Shown one piece after another: positions 14,459 through 24,710 of a stretch of DNA of 34,098 nucleotides. The notes under the pieces are model-generated. The model searched no databases and was not told the origin of the DNA. It saw nothing but the letters and a program-made list of their open reading frames with translations. A program made the position numbers and the translations under genes. The DNA is from a virus, in IMG/VR virus record IMGVR_UViG_3300017786_000059, positions 1 through 34,098 of that record, one strand, 5' to 3'. Numbering within the stretch: the first letter of the stretch is position 1; each line of letters starts with the position of its first letter.

Positions 14459-16717
14459 ATGGCACGCAGACCCAGATATCAAAAAGTAGGCGTTGGATTA
14501 GACGCACCAGCTCGCACAGATTTTGCTGGGCTTCGGGAGACTGCGCGAGCTGCACAAAACATTTCTGCGCAAATAGACCGTATGAGCCAATTTGTTTATA
14601 AAGAGCAAGCCAGGGCAGCTGAGCAACGCGGTCAGCAAATGGTTTCAGATATTGGTGCGCAGCCTACGTTACAAAAAATATCGGCTGCTGGCGGCCCATC
14701 GAACATCGAACAGCGTGCTGCTTATTCAACAGCAAATCGCATTGCTGCAGCTGAGATAGAAACACAAGCGGCGCTCGATATTGATAAAATTATAGCAGAT
14801 GCAGAGGTAAATGAGCTGCCATTCAGCCAAGTGCAAGCGCAGCTTCAAGATGTTACCGATGGCTACCCGGCAGCGCTATCTGATTTAGACCCGCAAACAG
14901 CTGGCATTTTGCGCCAACAACTGCAAAGAACTTCTCAGAAAGCTGAAACTTCCTACAGCATTTTTTATAACAAAGTGCAAACTAAGGCGGCGCAAGGGCG
15001 TGCATTGCAAGGCATAGATGTGCGCAGAAGAACTGTTTACAAGACTGCAGCTGGTCAAGTTTATGATGAATTTGGCGATGTAGACGTTTCTGCTAGAGAT
15101 GCTTTAGTTGATATGGAGCTGCAAAGCCTCGGTCAATATATGCGTGATTTGCAGTTTGATGAAGATGATATAAGCAAGGTTTTAATAGAAACAAAAAACC
15201 AAAGTTTTACAGAAAGCACATTGTTTGATTTTAGACAATTAAATTCACTTGATGAAAAACGAGACTTCATTGAAGAACAGCGCGAAAGATTGCCCGGCCT
15301 AATAGGCGAAGAAAGCGCCAGAACTTTAATGAACAGCCTTAATGCTGATCTTGGCAAAATTACTACTGGTCTGAAGGGGCAAGCCACAGCTACAGAAAAA
15401 GAAATAGCAGAAGCGCGTAAAGTTCTTTTGGGTGGCGGCAAACTAAATGACCAACAGATTGCAGCGCTGGATGCCAAAGTTGGCGGTTTAGGAGAATATG
15501 GTGCAGATGCAACAGAAGATTTGGCTAAGCTCAAGCGCATGAGCATGGCAGCGCAAGGTTTCCGGCAAATGCCTCCGCCACAGTTACAGGACACAATAAA
15601 CACTATGCGTACCGGGATTGCCGGAATGGGTGGTGATGGTGTTGACACATTAGAAGAGGTCGAGCTGCTAGAACAGGCTGAAACATTGCTTTCAAATATG
15701 AACACGCAAATTGCAAAAGACCCGCTATCGCACGCCATAAAATTAGATATTGTTTCTATGCAGCCGCTAGATATGTCCTTGCTTGGTTCACAAGATGAAG
15801 GTTTGCAGATGCAAGCTAGGGAACAAGCAAATGCCAGGATTGGCGCTGGGTTACAAGCAGCAGCTCATTTTGGTACTGAGCCTACGTTTTTGACAGATGA
15901 AGAAGCAAAGGCAATAACTAATGTCATGGACAATGGCAATGTGGGTGAGCAAATGGCCTTGCTCACTGGCCTTTACACAATATTCGGTGAGCAACACGTC
16001 TCCGATGTTTTTGCACAAGTAAGTAAAAAATCTCCAGAGGTAGGTCATATTGCTGGCCTGATTATGACCGGCAACCACCAAACAGCTGCAGATGCGCTGG
16101 CCGGTATGGATATTTTGCAGCAAGGATATAAAGCGCCGGAGTTTACGCCTACCAACACCGACACAATTTATAATGAACAAATGGCAGATGCGTTTGCGTT
16201 TATGCCCGACTCTATGATTGCCGGAAAAGAAATAGCCAAAGCGTTATACACCAAGCGAGCGCAGCGTGCTGGTTTAGATATGTTTGATGAAAAACTTTGG
16301 AGCCAAAGTATTAGCGATGCGTTTGGGCAAAGCATGGGTATGGGTGGTGTTCAAGATGTTTTCGGCAACAAACTACTTATGCCATCTGATGTAAGCGTAG
16401 AGCAGATAGAATCATCATTAAATAATATGACGCCAGATGATTTATATAGAGCATCTGGAGTCAAATTAAGCGATGAGCTTTTTAAATTTATTTTTAAACC
16501 AGCAGAAGAGGGAATAATATTTGACTCAGATGCAGAGTTTAACGATGAAGATTTTAGGCTAGTGGCTACAGGCAAGGACACTTACGTTATTATGATGGGT
16601 GAGCCTGGCAACGCATCATCCCGGATGGTTGAAGGCTTCTATGAAGATGAAATGGGCGGCGTAGAAGGCAACAGACGCCTAGAGATAAACATCAAAAAAT
16701 TGTTGAAGATGCAATGA
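14459..16717 (+). CDS. Internal virion / ejection protein (gp15 position)
   Basis: 752 aa, helical and Q/A-rich, no enzymatic motif seen. Call based on synteny. Confidence 0.65.
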   Translation: MARRPRYQKVGVGLDAPARTDFAGLRETARAAQNISAQIDRMSQFVYKEQARAAEQRGQQMVSDIGAQPTLQKISAAGGPSNIEQRAAYSTANRIAAAEIETQAALDIDKIIADAEVNELPFSQVQAQLQDVTDGYPAALSDLDPQTAGILRQQLQRTSQKAETSYSIFYNKVQTKAAQGRALQGIDVRRRTVYKTAAGQVYDEFGDVDVSARDALVDMELQSLGQYMRDLQFDEDDISKVLIETKNQSFTESTLFDFRQLNSLDEKRDFIEEQRERLPGLIGEESARTLMNSLNADLGKITTGLKGQATATEKEIAEARKVLLGGGKLNDQQIAALDAKVGGLGEYGADATEDLAKLKRMSMAAQGFRQMPPPQLQDTINTMRTGIAGMGGDGVDTLEEVELLEQAETLLSNMNTQIAKDPLSHAIKLDIVSMQPLDMSLLGSQDEGLQMQAREQANARIGAGLQAAAHFGTEPTFLTDEEAKAITNVMDNGNVGEQMALLTGLYTIFGEQHVSDVFAQVSKKSPEVGHIAGLIMTGNHQTAADALAGMDILQQGYKAPEFTPTNTDTIYNEQMADAFAFMPDSMIAGKEIAKALYTKRAQRAGLDMFDEKLWSQSISDAFGQSMGMGGVQDVFGNKLLMPSDVSVEQIESSLNNMTPDDLYRASGVKLSDELFKFIFKPAEEGIIFDSDAEFNDEDFRLVATGKDTYVIMMGEPGNASSRMVEGFYEDEMGGVEGNRRLEINIKKLLKMQ

Positions 16718-19700
16718 GCTTTGTATTTAAAAAAGCATCAGAGTTTGATTTGGCCCAATATCGCGGCGTTGATAAGCCAGACCCAGGGTTTGTTGAAAGT
16801 TTTAGGGCGGCTAAGAAAGCTGTTCAGCTAAATGATACCTCAGTTAGTGAGGCAAACGCACTAGAAGAGGTATGGGCGCCTATTATCGAAGAGATGAATA
16901 GCAGAGGCGCCGGGCAAACTTTTTACAACCCGGCCACAAGTTACAGAACAGCTATATTTGACGAAAACATACAGGAAGCTAATTACTCTAAAGCTATTGG
17001 CAGCATATTCAACGAAATAGAAACAAACGATGCGTTTGCAGATTTGCGCGGTAAGTTTGATAGAGACACGTTATTCGAGCAAGCTGCGACACTGGCACGC
17101 GATAGCCGCCAAGATTATTTAAACACAGTGCAAAACATATCAACCACTAGCTCTACGATAGGTCAATTTGCTGGCGGTTTTGCCGGTGCAATAGATGACC
17201 CGGTTCTGATTGGTTCAATGTTATTTGGCGGTGCCAAAGGGCTATGGCAGATGGCATTTCAGGAAGCAGTATTAGGCGCCGGCTCAGAAGCATTGATACA
17301 AACCAAAGTGCAAGAATGGTATGCGTCAACTAATCAAGAGTATGGTGCCGACCAATTTTGGAAAGCTGTTGCGTTTGGCGCAGCTGCTGGAGCTGCTACA
17401 CCATTTGCTTTTAGAGGTGCCGGAGAAGTTATTAACGTAGGCGGCAAAGCTGTCAACTTGACTGTAGAACAGTTAAAATCTGGGGTAGCTGCCTTGCGCT
17501 CAGCGGGCGTTAAATCAACATCAGAAGGCCGGCTGCTAGAGCAACTGGCAGATGATGTTCAAGCTGTCGATGAAGCTAATCCATTATTACCAAAACCAAC
17601 AAAGCCTGAAATAAAAGAAAACGAAATTATTGTTTATGACGCTAAAGGGAAGCCGGTTGTTGTTGAGGTGGTGGCCAAAAGTGAATCCGGCGGCGTTCGC
17701 ATTAAACTAGATGACGGCACAGAAGAACTTTTAGAACAACAATCTTTATCAGCAAAAAATCCATACGATTCTTCTTATGTTCAAGAAACAACTCCTGGCG
17801 CGCCTAAAACATCTGACATGGACGATGAGCTGCTAGAAACAGTAGCTCAACAGTTAGAAAGAAAAATTAAAGCGCATCAAGAAGAAAGAGGCGCAATAAG
17901 ATATGATTTTGTGCGCGACCTCAACGCAATACGAATAGAACAAAAGCGCAGAGCTGGGCAAAGTGTGGAGGCGCCAGAGCCGCCAAAAGAAAGCGCCAAC
18001 ACCTTGCCGGCTGAACATGAGCATGGTAAGCGCGTACAAGACGCTACAGCGGCTGTAGAGCGCAACCAGGCGCCTACTATGCCAGATGCTCCCAAAGTGC
18101 CACCCAGGGCCGTAGAATCGGCTTATGAAGCAGATAACCTAGATGGAACTATTTATCGCTTCGACCCGGACGAGCTGCAAGTAGATGCAGAGCTTTTCCA
18201 GTTTAAATCTGGCGGCGATGAGTTTGGTGTTACTGAGCGGCTGCAAGGCGTTACAACTTGGGATGCTGTAAAAGCTGGCCAAGTAACTGTATTTGAAAAA
18301 GCTGACGGCTCTCGCTTTATAGCAGATGGTCATCAGCGCATGGGCTTGGCTAAGCGTATCAAGGCGCAAGACCCTAGCCAAGATGTGCGTTTATATGGAC
18401 ATATACTGCGCGAAGTGGATGGGTACGCAGAAGCTGATGCAAGAGTTATTGCAGCTGTTAAAAATATTGCTGAAGGTACAGGAACAGCATTAGACGCAGC
18501 AAAAATACTCAAGGATGCACCAGGTCGAATTGGGGAGCTCCCGCCCAAATCTCGCCTGGTGCAGCAAGCAAATGGCCTGGTGATGCTGTCAAACAAAGCA
18601 TTTGGCGCAATTATCAATAATGTTGTGCCGGCTAATTATGGGGCTATAGTAGGGCGATTGATACCTGATGACGAGGGTATGCAAGACGCGGCTATAGCTA
18701 TTTTAAACAAAACACAGCCGGCAAATGAGTTCCAAACAGAGAGTATTGTGCGGCAAGTTATGGACGCCGGCGCTGAAACCAGGACACAGGAAAGCCTGTT
18801 TGGCGAAGAAATCATAACCGAGAGCTACTTTGCAGAACGTGCGAAGGTATTAGACCAGGCAGTTAAGCAGCTGCGCAAAGACAAGTCAGCATTTAACAGC
18901 TTAGTGCGCAACCAAAAAAGCCTGGAAGCAGAAGGCAATCAGCTTGCCCAGGCAGCAAACCAAAGGAGAGCAGACAATGACTCCCAAGCAATCGGGCTCC
19001 TCCAGGCCCTTGCCAACAGAAAAGGGGCGCTCTCAGACGCCCTCACAGCAGCAGCCAAACAAGCCAGAGAAGCGGGCAGCTACGGACGCGCTACTGACGG
19101 ATTCATCGAAGCTGTCAGACGAGCAATTCAAGAAGGCGATTTCGATAGGCTCGCGGCTGGCGATGTTGGACGCATTGTCAATGATACAGCGCAAGGCAGC
19201 CCTCGCCCGGCAGAACCAGAGCCAGACGTAAGCCTGTTTGATGATCCAAAAGGCCAGGCAACGCGGGAACAAGCTGACCAGCTGGAAACAGATGTAATAA
19301 CGGAAACTGAACTGCGCACCGCAGAGCCGGAAAAGCCGGTTGCTCGCAGGGAAGGAACGCAAGAAGATGAGGAGTTGCGCCAAGAATTAAAACAACTTAT
19401 AGACCGCAAAGCGCCAGAAGAAGAAATAGACAGCCATTCGGCAGTCACAACAGCTCTTGAGCAAGCGGAAGCTATACCTAAAACTAATGAGATGGAAGGT
19501 TTTGGAACAAGGGCTTTCCAGGAAAACAGAGTTTTCTATTTTGATGGCGAAGAGGTTGTCGGTTATTATGAAGCGATTTCCCGGCACTTTGATAACGCAT
19601 CAACATTACCGTATAGAGAAATGAATTTGCCGGTGCCAGATTTGCCTATCCGTTATGATGGCGAGGCTACTATTCTTTTAGGGCCGCCGGCAGCTGGCAA

Positions 19701-20544
19701 AAGCACGCTTGCCAACCCTTTTGCTATTAATGCAAAAGCAGCTATAATGGATAGTGATGAAATTAAAAAAACGCTGCCTGAATATCAAAATGGCATAGGC
19801 GCAATGGCGGTGCATGAAGAAAGCTCTGAAATTGCGCAAGACCTAATTGATGCGGCAATGAGCTCAAAAACAAATATGGTTTTACCCAAAGTGGGTGATA
19901 ATCCTGAAAGTATAAAAAAACTGGCTCGCAAGTTAAAGAAAGCCGGCTATAAAGTTAAAATATTAGAAATGAAGGTGCCGTATCAAGAAGCCCGGCGCCG
20001 TATGTTTAGCAGATTTTTAAACACTGGCAGATTAATAGGGCCAGATTATGTGCGTTATGTTGGTGATAAACCATCCGAAACATATAGAATATTGAAAGAA
20101 GAAGGAGAGTTTGATGGCTACGCAAGCATCAAAAACGACCAACCAAAAGACCAACTCCCAAGCATCGCAGACGATGCGTTTAACGGCCCAGAAATCTCAA
20201 ACACCATCGCTACGATACAACTGGTCAGAAGCGGAGAGATTAGCAGAGGAGCGCTCCCAGAGCCGGCCAGGCTACCAGAAGAAGGTGCAAGAGTTATCCC
20301 AGATGATACAGCAGAAGAAGCGCCAGCAGGGTTTTTAGGAATGTTAGAAGATGATGCGAGAGAAAGTTTACTCGCATTTAGAAATCAAATTTTTGAAGAA
20401 ATGGAAGGCCCTGAAATACCCATAGGAAGTACGCTTGATGAAAGTGGGAATGAGATTGCTGTCACTATGACCAGGCGAGAAATGTTAGATGAATTTGAGC
20501 AAGACAGAAAAATGTTAGATAGACTAAGGGATTGCGTCAAATGA
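16714..20544 (+). CDS. Large internal virion protein, polyvalent: ParB-like domain (~aa 476-600) and zeta-toxin-like P-loop kinase domain (~aa 980-1135)
   Basis: 1276 aa in the gp16 position. ...FQFKSGGDEFGVTERLQGVTTWDAVKAGQVTVFEKADGSRFIADGHQRMGLAKR... and ...ILLGPPAAGKSTLA...IMDSDEIKKTLPEY...GYKVKILEMKVPYQEARRRMFSRFLNTGRLIG... Confidence 0.8.
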   Translation: MSFVFKKASEFDLAQYRGVDKPDPGFVESFRAAKKAVQLNDTSVSEANALEEVWAPIIEEMNSRGAGQTFYNPATSYRTAIFDENIQEANYSKAIGSIFNEIETNDAFADLRGKFDRDTLFEQAATLARDSRQDYLNTVQNISTTSSTIGQFAGGFAGAIDDPVLIGSMLFGGAKGLWQMAFQEAVLGAGSEALIQTKVQEWYASTNQEYGADQFWKAVAFGAAAGAATPFAFRGAGEVINVGGKAVNLTVEQLKSGVAALRSAGVKSTSEGRLLEQLADDVQAVDEANPLLPKPTKPEIKENEIIVYDAKGKPVVVEVVAKSESGGVRIKLDDGTEELLEQQSLSAKNPYDSSYVQETTPGAPKTSDMDDELLETVAQQLERKIKAHQEERGAIRYDFVRDLNAIRIEQKRRAGQSVEAPEPPKESANTLPAEHEHGKRVQDATAAVERNQAPTMPDAPKVPPRAVESAYEADNLDGTIYRFDPDELQVDAELFQFKSGGDEFGVTERLQGVTTWDAVKAGQVTVFEKADGSRFIADGHQRMGLAKRIKAQDPSQDVRLYGHILREVDGYAEADARVIAAVKNIAEGTGTALDAAKILKDAPGRIGELPPKSRLVQQANGLVMLSNKAFGAIINNVVPANYGAIVGRLIPDDEGMQDAAIAILNKTQPANEFQTESIVRQVMDAGAETRTQESLFGEEIITESYFAERAKVLDQAVKQLRKDKSAFNSLVRNQKSLEAEGNQLAQAANQRRADNDSQAIGLLQALANRKGALSDALTAAAKQAREAGSYGRATDGFIEAVRRAIQEGDFDRLAAGDVGRIVNDTAQGSPRPAEPEPDVSLFDDPKGQATREQADQLETDVITETELRTAEPEKPVARREGTQEDEELRQELKQLIDRKAPEEEIDSHSAVTTALEQAEAIPKTNEMEGFGTRAFQENRVFYFDGEEVVGYYEAISRHFDNASTLPYREMNLPVPDLPIRYDGEATILLGPPAAGKSTLANPFAINAKAAIMDSDEIKKTLPEYQNGIGAMAVHEESSEIAQDLIDAAMSSKTNMVLPKVGDNPESIKKLARKLKKAGYKVKILEMKVPYQEARRRMFSRFLNTGRLIGPDYVRYVGDKPSETYRILKEEGEFDGYASIKNDQPKDQLPSIADDAFNGPEISNTIATIQLVRSGEISRGALPEPARLPEEGARVIPDDTAEEAPAGFLGMLEDDARESLLAFRNQIFEEMEGPEIPIGSTLDESGNEIAVTMTRREMLDEFEQDRKMLDRLRDCVK

Positions 20545-23012
20545 GCTTAGAGCAATGTATTATTAACGCCAGGCAAGAAGGCACTTTAACAGACAGCCAG
20601 GCTAACGAAGCTGGCGATTTGTTTGCGCAGCTCGAAGCAGAATACGCTACCAGGATGTCACCAGGGCAAGCAGCTGCACAAGCTGGCCAGGATACTTTCG
20701 ATGCGTTGCAATTCCAGGTTATGCAGCGCAAAAGAAAAAAGCTGCTGGCCTATCAAAACTGGAAACAAATAACAAAACAGCTGGACGAATACAAAAACTT
20801 TAAGGGCGAAGCAGACCCGGTTGCAGCTGCGATAGCGCACTTTGTCCCAGATGAACGCGCTAAATACTCAAACCTAGAGGCTAGAACACAGGCAGTAAAG
20901 AACGCGGCAACCCGGCAGCTGTATGATGTTTTAGGCACTTTTCGTAAAAATCTAATAGGCGGCACGCGCAAAAAGGCAAAGCTAAAAGACATGGTGCGGG
21001 AGGTATTTGGCGAAGATACTGGCAATGCACACGCCAAAGAAATGGCAGCTGCCTGGTCAAAATCATCTGAATATCTCCGTCAACGATTTAACGCTGCCGG
21101 CGGTGCGGTTGCAAAACGTAAAAATTGGGGGCTTCCTCAATTCCACGATACCCTTGCTGTACGCAAAGCAAGCTACCAAGAATGGCGCGACTTTATAGCG
21201 CCAAAGCTAAACAGACAAAAGATGATAGATGAACAAACCGGCGCAGCTTTTACAGAAGCCCGGTTAGAGCTGGCCTTGCGAGATGTATATGAAACAATCC
21301 GTACAGATGGGATGGTCAAAATAAAGCCAGGTGGTGTAGGCCGGGGCAAATCGGTAAGCAGCCGCCATACTGATCACAGATTTTTAGTATTTAATTCTGC
21401 TGATGATTGGATGACTTATCAACAGCGTTTTGGCAACCCAGATGCTTTTGACACAATGATGGGGCATATTTCCACTATGAGCCGCGATATCGCAATGCTG
21501 GAAATACTAGGCCCTAATCCCCAGGCAACAATGAGCTTTATGAAGCAGACCATAGCCAAGCGTGCTGCCGGCGATGTTAAGATGGAAGATAAAGCTCGCA
21601 AAGCAGCTAAGTCTATTGATGACCTGTATGGTGTTTTGTCAGGCCGCAACAATAGTCCTATTGATTCATTCTGGGGCAATACCTTTGCGGGGCTACGTCA
21701 GATACTGCAATCTGCGCAGCTGGGAGCTGCGTCTATAGCGGCTATAACAGATGTGAACTTCCAGCGAATTGCTCGCGCATCAGCCGGGCTGCCACAAACG
21801 AAAGTGGTTTCTGATTACTTGAAGCAGATGAACCCGCTCAGCACAGAAGAAAAAGGGCGCTTAGCCATCCGTCTTGGCCTTATAGCAGAAGGCTGGATGA
21901 GCATTGCTGCAGGGCAGCAAAGGTACGTTGGTGACATATCCGGGCCTGAAATAACCCGCCGGATAGCAGACTTTACAATGAAGGCATCGTTTCTATCGCC
22001 AATGACCAATGCCGGGCGCTGGTCATTTGGCATGGAGTTTTATGGCACGCTGGCCGATAATGTCGGAAAAACATTTGATGAGCTGGATGATGCGCTGCGC
22101 AACACAATGGAAAAGTATGGCATTGGTTCTGATGGCTGGGATATCATGCGCTCTACAGAGCCGTATGATTGGGAAGGTGCAAAGTTTCTGCGTCCTGAAG
22201 ATGTAGAGTTTCGGAATGACATAAGCCCGCGCCTGGCCAGAGACTTATCCACTAAAATGATGGAAATGATTGATACTGAAATGCAGTATGCGGTGCCTTC
22301 CACAACTACTAAAGGCAGAACAGCATTAGTAGGAGAAAGCCGACCAGGCACTGTTGCCGGGGAGCTAACGCGCTCATTTGCCATGTATAAAGGTTTTGGC
22401 GTTAGCCTGGTAAACTTTCACCTGATGCGCGGTCTTAACCAAACAGGTGCTAAAGGTAAGGGAAGATACTTTGCGGATTTGCTAATAAGCACAACTGTCA
22501 TGGGTGCGCTCGCGCTGCAGCTCAAAGAGATGAGCAAGGGGCGCGACCCTCGCCCTATGACAGATACAGAGTTTTGGCTGGCTGCTTTTTTGCAAGGTGG
22601 CGGGCTAGGTATTTACGGCGATTTCTTGTTTTCTGATGTTAATAGATTTGATAGAGGTTTGGCAGAAACCATCGCTGGCCCTGTTGTTGGGTTCGCAAAT
22701 GACGTTAGAAAGCTGACAATAGGAAATTTGGTTGAAGCCGTTAATGGCGAAGATACGAACATTGCATCCGAGATGATAAGTTTTGCGGGTAGATATACAC
22801 CCGGCGCATCATTATGGTATATGAGGTTGGGGCTAGAGCGCCTGGTTCTCGACCAGATGCGAATGGCTACAGATAACAAGTCCAGACAGAAGTTTAGAAA
22901 GCTCGAAGGGCGATATCGCAGAGACACTGGACAGAAATATTGGTGGCGCCCAGGACGGCGGGAGCCTAGCAGAAAACCAGATATTGAGAACATTCTAGCG
23001 GAGAGACAATAA
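20541..23012 (+). CDS. Internal virion / ejection protein with C-terminal hydrophobic segments
   Basis: 823 aa from ATG 20541 (ATGA overlap; track start 20532 is a TTG). Hydrophobic stretches LLISTTVMGALALQL and FWLAAFLQGGGLGIYGDFLF. Confidence 0.7.
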   Translation: MSLEQCIINARQEGTLTDSQANEAGDLFAQLEAEYATRMSPGQAAAQAGQDTFDALQFQVMQRKRKKLLAYQNWKQITKQLDEYKNFKGEADPVAAAIAHFVPDERAKYSNLEARTQAVKNAATRQLYDVLGTFRKNLIGGTRKKAKLKDMVREVFGEDTGNAHAKEMAAAWSKSSEYLRQRFNAAGGAVAKRKNWGLPQFHDTLAVRKASYQEWRDFIAPKLNRQKMIDEQTGAAFTEARLELALRDVYETIRTDGMVKIKPGGVGRGKSVSSRHTDHRFLVFNSADDWMTYQQRFGNPDAFDTMMGHISTMSRDIAMLEILGPNPQATMSFMKQTIAKRAAGDVKMEDKARKAAKSIDDLYGVLSGRNNSPIDSFWGNTFAGLRQILQSAQLGAASIAAITDVNFQRIARASAGLPQTKVVSDYLKQMNPLSTEEKGRLAIRLGLIAEGWMSIAAGQQRYVGDISGPEITRRIADFTMKASFLSPMTNAGRWSFGMEFYGTLADNVGKTFDELDDALRNTMEKYGIGSDGWDIMRSTEPYDWEGAKFLRPEDVEFRNDISPRLARDLSTKMMEMIDTEMQYAVPSTTTKGRTALVGESRPGTVAGELTRSFAMYKGFGVSLVNFHLMRGLNQTGAKGKGRYFADLLISTTVMGALALQLKEMSKGRDPRPMTDTEFWLAAFLQGGGLGIYGDFLFSDVNRFDRGLAETIAGPVVGFANDVRKLTIGNLVEAVNGEDTNIASEMISFAGRYTPGASLWYMRLGLERLVLDQMRMATDNKSRQKFRKLEGRYRRDTGQKYWWRPGRREPSRKPDIENILAERQ

Positions 23013-23047
23013 ATGTGGTATATTCACAGCCATAGAGGAGATATTTA

Positions 23048-24358
23048 ATGGCCGATATCCCTATTAATGCAATAGACAGACGCATCCAGTTTACCGGGAA
23101 TACTGGTTTAGGGCCGTTTGCCTTTACTTTTAACATCCTGGCAGACAGCGATATCGTAGTTTATAAAAACGATACGCTGCTTACGCTTACTACGGATTAT
23201 ACCATCTCAACTAGCGCAGATGGTACTGGCAGCGTAACGCTTACCGGCAGCGGTAACGGTACTGCACTTGTCTCATCTGATTTCTTAACGATTGTCGGCG
23301 GGCGTCAGCTTGCCAGGACAACTGATTTTGTTACTGCCGGCGATTTGTTGGCCAGCTCACTGAATGAGCAGCTGGATAGTAACGTGATCATGGTGCAGCA
23401 GCTGGATGAAAAGATTGAGCGCACGCTGCGTATCGACCAATCTGACGTTACAGCTGATATGGTGCTTCCTAAAAAAGATGACCGGGCCAATAAAACCCTG
23501 GGCTTTGATGCCAACGGTTTGCCGGCTGTAGGCGAAGAGATTGGCGATTACAAAGGTAATTGGGCGGCGAGCACGACCTATGCTATCCGTGACCTGGTAA
23601 AAGATACCAGCACAAGCAATATTTTCCGGGCCAATACAGCGCATACGTCTAGCGGTGCGCAACCCCTCACCACCAATACCGATAGCGCAAAGTGGGATTT
23701 GATTGTAGACGCCGCAGCTGCCGGCACATCTGCTAATGCGGCTGCGGCAAGTGCTACAGCGGCAGCCACTAGCGCGACAGCAAGCGCGACATCTGCAACT
23801 GCAAGCGCAACCAGCGAGGCTAACGCCGCAACATCAGAGCAAAATGCGAATGATTGGGCCGTCAAAACAAATGGCATTGTTGATAGCACAGACTATTCAT
23901 CTAAGGCGTGGGCCATTGGCGGTACTGGCGTAACTGATGCATCTGGCGCTGGCCCTGCAAAGGATTGGGCAACAGAAACCACAGGCCAAGTGGACGGCAC
24001 TGAATACTCTGCTAAAGAATATGCAGTGGGTACACAGACAAGAGGCGCAACTGGTTCTGCAAAAGATTGGGCTACCTATACGTCTGGCACTGTAGATGGC
24101 TCTGGCTATTCAGCCAAGTATTGGGCAGAGCAAGCGGCAGCTAGTGCTGATAATTTTGATGATACATATCTTGGGCCGAAGAGTGCAGACCCGTCTGTAG
24201 ATAATGATGGTGATCCGCTAACGGCTGGGGACTTGTATTTCAACACAACCAATAACGTAATGAGAGTTTACAGTGGAACAGCTTGGCAAGATGCGGCTGT
24301 TTCAACGGCTGGCTTTGCCTCTAACGGCTTTGCCATTGCGATGGCGATAGCCTTATAG
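23048..24358 (+). CDS. Tail fibre protein 1
   Basis: N-terminal fibre-type domain, then an Ala/Ser/Thr repeat (SATAAATSATASATSATASATSEANAATSE). Three ~25-aa repeats of the form KDWA..T.G.VDG.EYSAK.WA follow. The C-terminal motif is GDLYFNTTNNVMRVYSGTAWQD. Confidence 0.85.
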   Translation: MADIPINAIDRRIQFTGNTGLGPFAFTFNILADSDIVVYKNDTLLTLTTDYTISTSADGTGSVTLTGSGNGTALVSSDFLTIVGGRQLARTTDFVTAGDLLASSLNEQLDSNVIMVQQLDEKIERTLRIDQSDVTADMVLPKKDDRANKTLGFDANGLPAVGEEIGDYKGNWAASTTYAIRDLVKDTSTSNIFRANTAHTSSGAQPLTTNTDSAKWDLIVDAAAAGTSANAAAASATAAATSATASATSATASATSEANAATSEQNANDWAVKTNGIVDSTDYSSKAWAIGGTGVTDASGAGPAKDWATETTGQVDGTEYSAKEYAVGTQTRGATGSAKDWATYTSGTVDGSGYSAKYWAEQAAASADNFDDTYLGPKSADPSVDNDGDPLTAGDLYFNTTNNVMRVYSGTAWQDAAVSTAGFASNGFAIAMAIAL

Positions 24359-24367
24359 GAGTAAAAA

Positions 24368-24703
24368 ATGGCACAGAATTTTCGCAGATACACACTATCA
24401 CAGGTTGGCACTGTAGCGGCTGACATTCCTGATGGTGCTAACTTTGACACATACGATACCATCGTTGGCATTATGCTGGCGAATGTAACTGCTAATGCAA
24501 TCACTGTTAGCGTTTATATCAATGACGGCACAAACAACATCTATCTAATTAAGGATGCGCCTATTGCTGCTGGCGGTGCGTTGCAAGTCTTGGATGGCGG
24601 TGCAAAGTTTGTGGTGCAGTCTGGTGACAGGCTGTGGGTTCAGTCAGATACAGCATCATCTGTTGATGTGTGGGTATCGGCTGTCGATGACATTAGTTCA
24701 TAG
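24368..24703 (+). CDS. Small fibre-module structural protein (111 aa)
   Basis: Track ORF with SD AGGAG, beta-rich, between two fibre genes. Confidence 0.65.
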   Translation: MAQNFRRYTLSQVGTVAADIPDGANFDTYDTIVGIMLANVTANAITVSVYINDGTNNIYLIKDAPIAAGGALQVLDGGAKFVVQSGDRLWVQSDTASSVDVWVSAVDDISS

Positions 24704-24710
24704 GTGAAGC

